From an uncultured Phycisphaerales bacterium (GTDB lineage: Bacteria > Planctomycetota > Phycisphaerae > Tepidisphaerales > Tepidisphaeraceae), in NCBI GenBank assembly GCA_963758525.1, contig CAVWVQ010000003.1:64001-128000 (forward strand): a DNA stretch of 64,000 nt. Reading direction: 5' to 3'. Each line of letters starts with the position of its first letter. Position 1 is the first letter of the stretch. The notes below the pieces were generated by a model. That model was not told the DNA's origin and searched no databases. It was given only the letters and a program-made list of their open reading frames with translations. This document shows, piece after piece, positions 11,554 to 20,344 of the stretch. A program made the translations under genes and the position numbers.

Positions 11554-11763
11554 GAAACCCGAATGACGAAACCAGAAACCAGAATCAAAGAATCAAATCC
11601 GAAACCCGAATGACGAATGTCGAAGCTCAGTTCGTGCAACACGCGCTCGGAACATTAATACGATCGAAGTGCCAAGTCGCACGAGTTATCCTCTTCATTT
11701 GGTCATTCGTCATTCTGGTTTGATTCGTTTTGATTCGGGGATTCTGGTTTCGTCATTCGGGTT
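11554..11763. repeat. Inverted pair of 7-mer-like arrays (GAATGAC/GAAACCA family)
   Basis: gaaacccgaatgacgaaaccagaaaccagaatc... faces ...gattctggtttcgtcattcgggtt; a solo copy lies at 17896-17960. Confidence 0.85.
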
Positions 11764-11838
11764 GCAGAAGAGCTTGTATTTCGTCACAGAGCCTCGCGCT
11801 CCTATCCAAACCCGCGCCGCGCGCACTAAGATGGAGCA

Positions 11839-12762
11839 ATGCTTTACCGCACCCTTGGAAAGACCGGCTTAACCGTTTCCGTTGTCGGCATCGGAACGTG
11901 GCAATACGGAGGCGAATGGGGGAAAGACTTCACGCAGCCGGAGGTCGATGCCATGTTCGATCGCTGCCGGGACCTTGGAATCAATCTCGTCGATACCGCC
12001 GAGTGCTACGGCGATCATCTTTCGGAACGATTTGTCGGAAGCGCGGTGAAGCGAGATCGCGATCAATGGATTGTGGCAACCAAGTTCGGTCATCACTTTC
12101 ACGGCTTCCAGGACCGCACGCAGGGATACGACCCGGACGATATTCGCCGGCAACTTGAGGCATCGCTCAAGGCGCTGCAGACCGATTACATCGATCTGTA
12201 TCAGTTTCACTCCGGAAAGAACGATGAATTTCAAACGCCCGGCTTATGGGAGATGCTGGCCGAGCAGGTGAAGGCGGGCAAGGTTCGGCATCTGGGAATT
12301 TCGGTAAGCCCGCCGGACAATATTTTTCAGGTCGAACGAGCGACTTCGGTGGCGGCGCAAGCCGTGCAGGTCGTCTACAACCGTCTGGAGCGCAAGCCCG
12401 AGGCGGCGGTTCTGCCGTCATGTCAGCAGCAACAACTTGGCGTTCTGGCGCGGGTGCCGCTGGCGAGCGGATATCTCACCGGGAAATACAAACCAGGCAT
12501 GCAGTTCGACAAGTCTGACTGGCGTTCCACGGCCGATCCAAAGCGGCACGAAGAGCGGCTTCGCGAATCGCAGCGCATCCTGGAAACCGAAGTTCCGCAG
12601 AGGACCAACATGGCCCAGTGGGCACTGGCGTGGTGCCTGAGGCACGACGCGGTCGCGTGCGTCATCCCCGGCTGCAAGGACGTCAAGCAGGTCGAATCCA
12701 ACGCGGCCGGCGCGGAATCGGCGCCAAAGGATCATCCTCTGGCCGCTGCCGCCCCAAGATGA
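11839..12762 (+). CDS. Aldo/keto reductase
   Basis: LGKTGLTVSVVGIGTW, DTAECYG, ATKFG, LQTDYIDLYQFH, VPLASGYLTGKY. Confidence 0.95.
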   Translation: MLYRTLGKTGLTVSVVGIGTWQYGGEWGKDFTQPEVDAMFDRCRDLGINLVDTAECYGDHLSERFVGSAVKRDRDQWIVATKFGHHFHGFQDRTQGYDPDDIRRQLEASLKALQTDYIDLYQFHSGKNDEFQTPGLWEMLAEQVKAGKVRHLGISVSPPDNIFQVERATSVAAQAVQVVYNRLERKPEAAVLPSCQQQQLGVLARVPLASGYLTGKYKPGMQFDKSDWRSTADPKRHEERLRESQRILETEVPQRTNMAQWALAWCLRHDAVACVIPGCKDVKQVESNAAGAESAPKDHPLAAAAPR

Positions 12763-13640
12763 TGGAGCCGGCGCCCCTCGATTCCGATGTGCTGGCATCC
12801 GACTGGTTCTGCGTGCGGTGCGGCTACAACCTGCGCGGTCTGAGCCGCACCGGACGCTGTCCCGAATGCAATACACCGATCCCGCGGTCGCTGCGGACGC
12901 GATACCTTGCCGGCAGAAGCCGGGAGTGGGTGCGCGACGTGCGCGACGGCGCATTGATCCTGGCCGCTTGCTATGCGGTGGAAATCCTGCGCGATGCCCT
13001 CGTCGAGGTTCCTTCGTGGATCCACCTTCCGTATGGCGTCTTCCGCGGCCTTCTATCGAATGGAACGCACCTCACGCTCTACGCGATCGAGTGCGTCGGA
13101 ATCTGGCTGCTGGCCAGGCGAGAACCTCTTTCCGTGGACCACCGATCGCTCCGCGCCGCCCTGTGGATTCGCCGGCTCTACGTCGTTGGGTTCATCGCCA
13201 GCATCATCTACCGCCTGGTCCTTGTTCCATACTTCCTGCGCGATGTCTACCGCGCGTGGGCCACCGGAGAACTGCTGCTGCTGATTGTGGTCGAAGTGCT
13301 GCTCTACAACTATCTCGCCGGCCTGGCTCAACGGATACCGGACCTGTCGCTGGCGCGCAGGTTTTCGACGCTCAAATGGCTTGGACCGTTGGCGACGATT
13401 GTGGGAAGTCTCATCCCGTCGGTGCTTCTGTACTTTCACATCTGGCGAATGCCCCCCACCCGATTCGCGCCGCACGGCACGGCTGTTTATATCGGCCATG
13501 CGCCGGCCATGGTGTTGTGCGCCGACCTGTTCAGACTCGTCGTGTTCGTATGGGCGGTGAGCGTGATCTGGAGCTTCGCGAGCGCTCTGAAGGCGGTTCT
13601 CGCGGCGCAGAGCGCCGCAGCCGATTCAATCAATCCTTGA
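12759..13640 (+). CDS. Zn-ribbon-containing membrane protein
   Basis: CVRCGYNLRGLSRTGRCPEC then about 6 TM segments. Confidence 0.7.
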   Translation: MMEPAPLDSDVLASDWFCVRCGYNLRGLSRTGRCPECNTPIPRSLRTRYLAGRSREWVRDVRDGALILAACYAVEILRDALVEVPSWIHLPYGVFRGLLSNGTHLTLYAIECVGIWLLARREPLSVDHRSLRAALWIRRLYVVGFIASIIYRLVLVPYFLRDVYRAWATGELLLLIVVEVLLYNYLAGLAQRIPDLSLARRFSTLKWLGPLATIVGSLIPSVLLYFHIWRMPPTRFAPHGTAVYIGHAPAMVLCADLFRLVVFVWAVSVIWSFASALKAVLAAQSAAADSINP

Positions 13641-13645
13641 GCCAT

Positions 13646-14377
13646 TCAGCGCGGCGTGTCGAGCCAGCCTGAGGGCCGCTTCCCAAACGCAACAGGCGGG
13701 CCTGCCGAAATCGGCGCTGTCCACCGCACGCCGTTTTCGATGATTCTCATTACATTCGGGTCGTGGTAGGTCGGATACGTCTCATGGCCCGGCCGGAAGT
13801 AAAAGATTCTGCCGGCGCCGCGCGTCCAGGTGCAGCCGCTGCGGAAAACTTCGCCTCCGGAAAAACTGCTGATGAGGACCGTTTCCGTTGGCTCGGGGAT
13901 GTCGAAGAACTCTCCGTACATTTCCTCGGCTGCGAGCGTGAAGTGGTCGTCGATTCCTTTGACGATCGGATGACCGGGCCGCGTGACCCACAGAATCTCG
14001 CGATCATTCGCTTCGCGCCATTTGAGATCGCACGTCGTTCCCATGAGCTTGCGAAACAAACGCGAATAATGGCCGCTGTGCAGAACGACCAGGCCCATCC
14101 CCGCGAGCACGCGCCGATGCAGGCGATCGACCACTTCATGCGAAACTTCATCGTGCGCCATATGAGCCCACCAGATCAGCACGTCGGTCTGATCGATCTG
14201 CGCCTGCGAGCATCCATGTTCCGGCTCGTCGATTGTGGCAGTGGACACCGAAAGGTCGGCGGCGCGCCGCAGATGATCGGCAATCACCTCGTGCATTCCC
14301 CGAGGGTAGATCTCAGCCACCCGCGGGTTTTTCTTCTCGTGGCGGTATTCGTTCCAGACCATCACTCGAGTCTGCAT
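13646..14377 (-). CDS. thuA: ThuA trehalose-utilization family protein
   Basis: [46 protein letters not shown]. Confidence 0.9.
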   Translation of the reverse strand: MQTRVMVWNEYRHEKKNPRVAEIYPRGMHEVIADHLRRAADLSVSTATIDEPEHGCSQAQIDQTDVLIWWAHMAHDEVSHEVVDRLHRRVLAGMGLVVLHSGHYSRLFRKLMGTTCDLKWREANDREILWVTRPGHPIVKGIDDHFTLAAEEMYGEFFDIPEPTETVLISSFSGGEVFRSGCTWTRGAGRIFYFRPGHETYPTYHDPNVMRIIENGVRWTAPISAGPPVAFGKRPSGWLDTPR

Positions 14378-14399
14378 CCTGACTCCTTGAATCGCGGCG

Positions 14400-15512
14400 T
14401 TAGCGCGCGCCTTCCCACAGATACAACAATCGCGGCCGCAGGAAGCGATCGAGCGTTGCCTGATCGATTGTCACTCCGTTCACGGAAACTCCGGACGAAG
14501 CGGAGGGCGTGAGGTGCATCGCTTTGGCGTCATCCCCGAAGAGTTGGAACAGTGACATCTTCTCCTCGAAGCGGACGACCTGCGGCTTGGCCACATGGGC
14601 GGTGGCGGCGGCGTACTTCCAGGCATCCTCCAAATATCCCGTGCTGTCGATCAGACCCTCGGCAAGAGCCCGCTCGGAGGTGTAGACGCGCCCGTCGGCT
14701 ATCTGAGCGATCGCCAGCTTCAAATTGCTGCCCCGCCCCTTGCTGACAACCTGCTTGAAGCGGGCGAACGCCGAATCGATGATCCCCTGAAGATAGGCGT
14801 CGTCGCGCGGGTTGTCGGGCGCGAACATGGAGCCGGCGTTTTTGTACGTGGCGCCGCTGGAGACGATGGTGTCTTCCTGAATCCCATATGTTTCCGCCAG
14901 CTTGCTGAGATTGAACCGCGGCATGAGCACGCCGATGTTCCCCGTCAGCGTCGTGTGCTCCGCGATGAGATAATCCGCGGCACAGGAAGCGTAATATCCG
15001 CCGCTGGTCGCCATCGCGCCCATCGAAACGACGACGGGAAGACTCTTTCGCGATTTGTACAGCTCGATGCGCTGGTAAATCTCATCGGAAGCGGTCACCT
15101 CGCCGCCCGGCGTGTTGATGCGGACGACGAGCGCCTTGACGTTGCCGTCGCTCTCGACGCGCGTCATGACCCGGTCAAACCTGGCGGCGACCGTTTCATT
15201 GATTTCACCTTCCAGCGGAACGACGGCAATCTCCGTACTGGGATCGCCCGCCTGAATCGTCTGCTCCTGCCCGCCAAGCCGTGACCCGCGCATTGCCAAC
15301 AGGGCAAAGTTCAGCAGCAGCGACAGGCCCAATCCGGTCAGCAGCAAGATTGTGAAGAAAATACGCCAACCGCCGCGACGTGGCGGCGGAGGAGGACCGA
15401 AAAACGGCGGCGGCGGACGCATGTCCGGCGCCGGCGCAAACATTCCTGGTGGCGGAGGAAGAAACCCGGACTGCGGGTCAATCGGTCCCTGTCCTGAGAT
15501 CGGTGAATTCAT
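14400..15512 (-). CDS. sppA: Signal peptide peptidase SppA (S49)
   Basis: [41 protein letters not shown]. Confidence 0.92.
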   Translation of the reverse strand: MNSPISGQGPIDPQSGFLPPPPGMFAPAPDMRPPPPFFGPPPPPRRGGWRIFFTILLLTGLGLSLLLNFALLAMRGSRLGGQEQTIQAGDPSTEIAVVPLEGEINETVAARFDRVMTRVESDGNVKALVVRINTPGGEVTASDEIYQRIELYKSRKSLPVVVSMGAMATSGGYYASCAADYLIAEHTTLTGNIGVLMPRFNLSKLAETYGIQEDTIVSSGATYKNAGSMFAPDNPRDDAYLQGIIDSAFARFKQVVSKGRGSNLKLAIAQIADGRVYTSERALAEGLIDSTGYLEDAWKYAAATAHVAKPQVVRFEEKMSLFQLFGDDAKAMHLTPSASSGVSVNGVTIDQATLDRFLRPRLLYLWEGAR

Positions 15513-15545
15513 AAAAGCCTCGACGTTCTCAAACGGCCTCTTCGA

Positions 15546-16019
15546 TTAGCGAGCAGATGGACCGCGCGGCTTCCGTCGCTTGGCGGTTGTCGCTGCGCCG
15601 TTTGTCGATTTAACCCCGGCCTCGTGGTGCGCCGTGACCGTTCCCGCAGTGCCGCCGCGAACGGCAAAGTCGCCGATGACGGTCATCTCCCTCGGGGACA
15701 GCAGCGCCACCAGATCATCCAGGATCGTGTTCACCGCCGCTTCGTAAAACATCCCCTGGTTTCGATACGCGAAGAAATAGAGCTTCAGACTCTTCATCTC
15801 CACGCACAACGCATCGGGGACGTAGCGAACGGTGATCTTCGCAAAATCGGGCTGACCGGTCACCGGGCAAAGGCTGGTGAACTCGGGAAAAACAAATTGG
15901 ACTTCGTAATCTCGGCCAGGCCGGGGATTCGCGAAGGCTTCGAGAATGGATCGCGGCTCGGCAAGCTGCGCGGCGGTCAGGATCGAACGCGAACCAAGGT
16001 GTTGAAACGTGCGGGCCAT
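15546..16019 (-). CDS. queF: PreQ0 reductase QueF (type I)
   Basis: PEFTSLCPVTGQPDFA, EMKSLKLY, RGG. Confidence 0.95.
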   Translation of the reverse strand: MARTFQHLGSRSILTAAQLAEPRSILEAFANPRPGRDYEVQFVFPEFTSLCPVTGQPDFAKITVRYVPDALCVEMKSLKLYFFAYRNQGMFYEAAVNTILDDLVALLSPREMTVIGDFAVRGGTAGTVTAHHEAGVKSTNGAATTAKRRKPRGPSAR

Positions 16020-16028
16020 CGGCCGGAA

Positions 16029-16913
16029 TTATAAGGGAAACAGCAGGGGTTGCGCAGGGTTCGCCGTGATGGCGTCGATGCGCGAAAATCCGACGATGCG
16101 ATCAAGCTTGAATGTCCGCCGTTCGTTTCGCAATTGGCAGTGGGCGACGAGGATCAATTCCCCGGCCACGCGGCGCACGTGCAACGGCTCGATCGCGCGC
16201 TGCGTCCGAAAGTCACGCGCATCGATATAGTCCATCATGACCGCGCACTTTTGTTCCAGCGCCTCCTCAAGCTCGAGCGGCAGCATCCTCTGGCGCGGCT
16301 TGAGCGGTAAAAGCCCCATTGGGCCGCCCTGCGCCTGAATGACGTCGCAGAGCATTGCGTGCCAGCCGCCGATCGGCTCCAGCAACCGGCCTAGAACATT
16401 GGCGGTGGTTTGCGCATCGGCCAGGGCACGATGCGCGCCCGATGGAATCACTCCCAGCCGCGGCGCCAACCGCTGCAATCCATTGCCGCCGCGCCCGAAG
16501 CGACGCCGGGCGATACGAACCGTATCAAGAACGGGCACGGCTCCCAGAGTTTCTTGAATATCAAACCCCGACCGGCGAAATTCTCGATGCAGAAATGACA
16601 GATCAAAGCGAATGTTGTGTCCGACGACGATCGCGCCGCGAAGGAAAGCAAGGGCGGGAACCAACTGGTCGCAAAATTGCGGCTGGCCGATGACCATTTC
16701 GCTGGTGATTCCCGTCAGCGCAGTGATGCCGGCGCTGATGGGCCGGGCGGGATAGATCAGTTGCTGATATTCCCCGACAACCTGGCCGCCTTCGATCCGG
16801 ACGATGCCCAGCTCGATGACCCGGTGCCCCAGATCAGCCGACGCCCCGGTGGTTTCCACATCCAGGATCGCCAGCGGAATTTCCAACAGTGGTTGTAACA
16901 GTGAAAACGACAT
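16029..16913 (-). CDS. DEDDh 3'-5' exonuclease fused to C-terminal WYL domain
   Basis: LDVETTG, VGHNIRFD..FL, HRALADA (DEDDh); C-terminal Y.....T.R.IEP...L.AHCQLRNERRTFKLDRI (WYL). Confidence 0.88.
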   Translation of the reverse strand: MSFSLLQPLLEIPLAILDVETTGASADLGHRVIELGIVRIEGGQVVGEYQQLIYPARPISAGITALTGITSEMVIGQPQFCDQLVPALAFLRGAIVVGHNIRFDLSFLHREFRRSGFDIQETLGAVPVLDTVRIARRRFGRGGNGLQRLAPRLGVIPSGAHRALADAQTTANVLGRLLEPIGGWHAMLCDVIQAQGGPMGLLPLKPRQRMLPLELEEALEQKCAVMMDYIDARDFRTQRAIEPLHVRRVAGELILVAHCQLRNERRTFKLDRIVGFSRIDAITANPAQPLLFPL

Positions 16914-17037
16914 TGCCGACAGCACACTCCATTGGCTGACGTCCACCCTCTTCCCCGCAATGCCTCCGTGCCCCCTCACATCCCTTACTTCCTCACCCTT
17001 CGTGCCTACGTGCCTTCGTGCCTTCCTCCCCTTCCCC

Positions 17038-17511
17038 CTACATCTCCGTCCCAATGATAGTCGACTCAAAGACCAGGCTGCCGTCGACGACCCCCTGAAT
17101 TTTGGAGCAAAATCTGCGGTGACGCACCCATTGCTTCTGCCCCACCAGATAGAGCCGCTGCCCCGGGCGGACAGCCTGGCGGAATCGAATCGCGTCGGCT
17201 CCCCCGAAGCCGATGAATCCCTGCCATTTCTCGTATTTGCGAACGTAAAACGAGGCGAGCTGAGCCCCCGCTTCGATCATGAGCACGCCAGGAAGCAGCG
17301 GGTTGCCGGGGATGTGGCCCGCGACCCAAAACTCGTCGGCCCGCGCATCCTTGTAGCCGATGATCCGTCCCAGTTCTGGCGCGGTATAGACAATCCCGTC
17401 GAGTTGCTCCATGTCCCCGCGCTGCAGATTGCAGCGGCGAATCTCCTCCTGATCGAACACAACACGGCTCAGGTCGATGACGGAGATGTCGTAGAGCAGT
17501 TGCGGCGGCAT
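17038..17511 (-). CDS. fabZ: FabA/FabZ-type 3-hydroxyacyl-ACP dehydratase
   Basis: GHIPGNPLLPGVLMIEAGAQL, RFRQAVRPG hotdog fold. Confidence 0.8.
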   Translation of the reverse strand: MPPQLLYDISVIDLSRVVFDQEEIRRCNLQRGDMEQLDGIVYTAPELGRIIGYKDARADEFWVAGHIPGNPLLPGVLMIEAGAQLASFYVRKYEKWQGFIGFGGADAIRFRQAVRPGQRLYLVGQKQWVRHRRFCSKIQGVVDGSLVFESTIIGTEM

Positions 17512-17559
17512 GATAAGCAGACAACCTGGAAACGAAGGCGAGTCTACGCGAAGCGGATA

Positions 17560-17772
17560 TTAATCAGCATCGTCGGGCGTCGATGCGGCCGCGCCCGGTT
17601 CACCTTCTTCGCGCCCTTCGAGGATCTTCTTGCGAACATCCTGGGCGGCAGACTTGATCTCCTGCATTTTCTTCCGAACGCGCGTCCCGGCGGCCTTGTT
17701 GCCTCCGTGCGCTTTGTTCACATCTTCTTCCGCCTCGGCAACCAGTTGCTTGAGCTTCTCGTATTCCTGCAT
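17560..17772 (-). CDS. Hc1 / histone H1-like small basic protein
   Basis: GNKAAGTRVRKKMQEIK..AQDVRK motif; GGAGG RBS. Confidence 0.85.
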   Translation of the reverse strand: MQEYEKLKQLVAEAEEDVNKAHGGNKAAGTRVRKKMQEIKSAAQDVRKKILEGREEGEPGAAASTPDDAD

Positions 17773-18062
17773 GGAACCTCCGTAAGAACCTGACTTAGGG
17801 GCGAAACTCTAATGGGAGGGGTAGGGAGTGTCAATTCCAGTGAAAAATGAGGGGTGGGGGAAAAGCCCGAATGTGGGACATCCCGGCGCGCGGGGACGAA
17901 ACCCGAAACCAGAATGAAATAATGAAATCCGAATGGCGAATGACCGAATGTCGAAACGAACCCTGCGGCCGCCGACAGGAGTTCTTCCCCTTTGTCCCTC
18001 TTAGTCCTAACCCTTCGTGCCTCCGTGCCTTCGTGCCTCCGTGCCTTCCTCGGGTGCCTTCC

Positions 18063-18926
18063 TTAGCTGCCTTCGGCGATATACTCTCTGAACGCACCCA
18101 TCAGCCTCCGCGTCAGCGCCCCCGGTTTACCATCACCGATTTCGCGGCCGTCGATTGTTGTCACCGGCGCGATCTCCGCCGCGGTTCCCGTCAAGAAGCA
18201 TTCGTCGGCTATATAGAGGTCATGCCGCTGCAGGGTTTTCTCGACGGCTGGAATCTGTAACCGCTGACACAAAAGGAGGATAAGTCCGCGGGTCACCCCT
18301 TCCAGGATCCCGTCAGACGTAGTCGGCGTCTGCACCTGGCCATGGCGGATGATGAAGATATTATCTCCCGAACACTCGGCAATGTTCCCCTCATGGTTGA
18401 GCATGATTGCCTCCTCAACCCCGGCATCGCACGCCTCGATTTTGGCAAGGATGTTGTTGAGGTAATTCAGACTTTTGATGCGCGGAGAAACGGCATTGGG
18501 ATGGTTGCGTATCACTGAAGCCGTCACCACCGCCATCCCTTTTTCGTAGACTGCCGGGTCATACAACGCGATCTGGTCGGCAATGATGATGACGCCGGGA
18601 TTTTCACATTTATTGGGGTTCAATCCCAGACACCCGACGCCACGGGTGACGATCGCGCGGATGTAGCAGTTCCTCAGCCCATTGACGCGAACGGTCTCTT
18701 CCATCGCCGAACGCATTTGCGGCAGCGTGATTGGAACCCGCAGGCGGATCGCCCGGGCGGACTGATACAGGCGATCGAGATGGGCATCGGCCTCAAAGAC
18801 CTTCCCGTTATAGACGCGCACGCCTTCAAAAACGCCGTCGCCATACAGCACGCCGTGGTCGTAGACGCTGATCTTCGCATCGGCCTGATCGACCAGCTTC
18901 CCATCCATCCAAATCTTCAACGACAT
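18063..18926 (-). CDS. ilvE: Branched-chain amino acid aminotransferase
   Basis: DHGVLYGDGVFEG, IKSLNYLNNILAKIEA, ILEGVTR, FLTGTAAEI. Confidence 0.95.
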   Translation of the reverse strand: MSLKIWMDGKLVDQADAKISVYDHGVLYGDGVFEGVRVYNGKVFEADAHLDRLYQSARAIRLRVPITLPQMRSAMEETVRVNGLRNCYIRAIVTRGVGCLGLNPNKCENPGVIIIADQIALYDPAVYEKGMAVVTASVIRNHPNAVSPRIKSLNYLNNILAKIEACDAGVEEAIMLNHEGNIAECSGDNIFIIRHGQVQTPTTSDGILEGVTRGLILLLCQRLQIPAVEKTLQRHDLYIADECFLTGTAAEIAPVTTIDGREIGDGKPGALTRRLMGAFREYIAEGS

Positions 18927-18989
18927 TTCATCTCCATAGCCGCGCCCGAAGCGCGGTGCGAACGAACGAACGGAAGCTGCGCCGGTTCC

Positions 18990-20125
18990 TTATTGGTAAT
19001 CGAGCGTCCCGGCTTTATCGGGTTCCGGCCCATCGCCCGGGCGCTCGAGCCGGCCGTTGCGAAGCACCAGCACGCGATCCGCCTTGCTGGCGACGCTGCG
19101 GTCGTGAGTGACCATGACAATCGTCTGCCGCTGCTCGCGATGCAGGCGTTCGAGCACCGCCATGATCTGCCCGCCGGTTTCAACATCGAGATTGCCGGTC
19201 GGCTCATCCGCGAAGAGAACGCGCGGGTTGTTCATCAGCGCCCTCGCGATCGCAACCCGCTGGCGCTCGCCGCCGGAGAGTTCGCTAGGCTTGTGCTTCA
19301 GGCGCTCGGCAAGCCCTACTTCCGTCAGGACCTCGGTCGCCCGCGCCTTCAGCGCCGGCTTGTCCCGAAGATACCGCAGCCAGGAGCGCTCGACCATCGC
19401 GGGCATCAGCGCGTTCTCAAGTACATTCAACTCCGGCAGCAGATGATAAAACTGAAAGACGAACCCAAACGAGTTGGTTCGCAGTTCGCAGACGGGTCGT
19501 TCCGCAATATAGCCGGCAATCGCCAGGTAGATTGCAAATACAACAGGCGGCGCCACTTCGATTGCTGTCCGGAGCCACCACGTCACATTCGCCGCTTCCA
19601 GGCACCACTCCGCCCCTGCAAAGACCCACGCGGCAGCAATCAGCAGCAGCATTCGCTCCGATTTCTTGAACAGCGCCACTGCCACCCAAATCAGGGTGAT
19701 CACCGGCAGCGAGATTCGCACAATCGGGACGAGCGGGATCAGTGCCATTGCGCTCATGATGGATACTGCAACAATAGCCTCGATCCACATGCGAACTCGA
19801 AGCGGAATAGCCAAAAGCCCTCGAAACGGCGTGGGATACAGCCACCCTTTGGGGTTGGCGGCATATCGTGCTCCCTCGAATTCCAGCGTTCCTGCATCGG
19901 GCACATCAAGACCGCCCATGATGTGCAGCAGAGTGCTCTTGCCGGAGCCGGATTTTCCTTCGATCGCGACGAACTCCCCTTCCCGCAGCGTCAGGTCGAC
20001 AAGTTTGAGAATCTGCAGCACGTCGCGGCCGGTTTCGTAAGTTTTTTTCAATCCCTTGTGCGCAGAATCGTCGGCCGCTCCGACCGGGAGGATTGCACCG
20101 CTGTTTGAGAGACCACTTGCGACAT
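18990..20125 (-). CDS. lolD: LolD-like ABC ATPase with internal hydrophobic insertion (probable 5' frameshift near 20060; ORF track starts 20051)
   Basis: GKSGSGKST, FGFVFQFYHLLPEL..LEN, LSGGERQRVAIARAL, ADEPTGNLD, VTHD; downstream of lolC/E. Confidence 0.85.
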
Positions 20126-20144
20126 AAATTCAAATCCGCAATCC

Positions 20145-20166
20145 GTAGGGCGGGATTCATCCCGCC
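20145..20166 (+). repeat. GTAG-type REP (GTAGGGCGGGATTCATCCCGCC)
   Basis: Identical copies form an inverted pair at 34622-34689. Confidence 0.85.
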
Positions 20167-20213
20167 GCAGGTTTAGCTTAGAGCCAGTTTCAGAACTTGC
20201 GCAGGCGCCGCCA

Positions 20214-20317
20214 CCTGTTTAGCCGCACCGCGCAGCAAAGCGCGTCCTGACGGATCGCTGCCAAAGGTCCATAAAACGTCGCTCGGCGCGCTTCGCTGCG
20301 CGGCGCGGCTAAACAGG
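20214..20317. repeat. TTAGCCGC...GCGGCTAA palindromic REP-like pair
   Basis: cctgtttagccgcaccgcgcagcaaagcgcg / cgcgcttcgctgcgcggcgcggctaaacagg; relatives at 29174-29235 and 41256-41284. Confidence 0.75.
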
Positions 20318-20344
20318 CTCCGAATGGACCCACGGTCGCAAATT

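Noticed and set aside
15546..16019. queF as part of a 7-deazaguanine DNA-modification (dpd) defence system
   Set aside because: No dpdA/tgt paralogue or queC/D/E nearby; housekeeping context.
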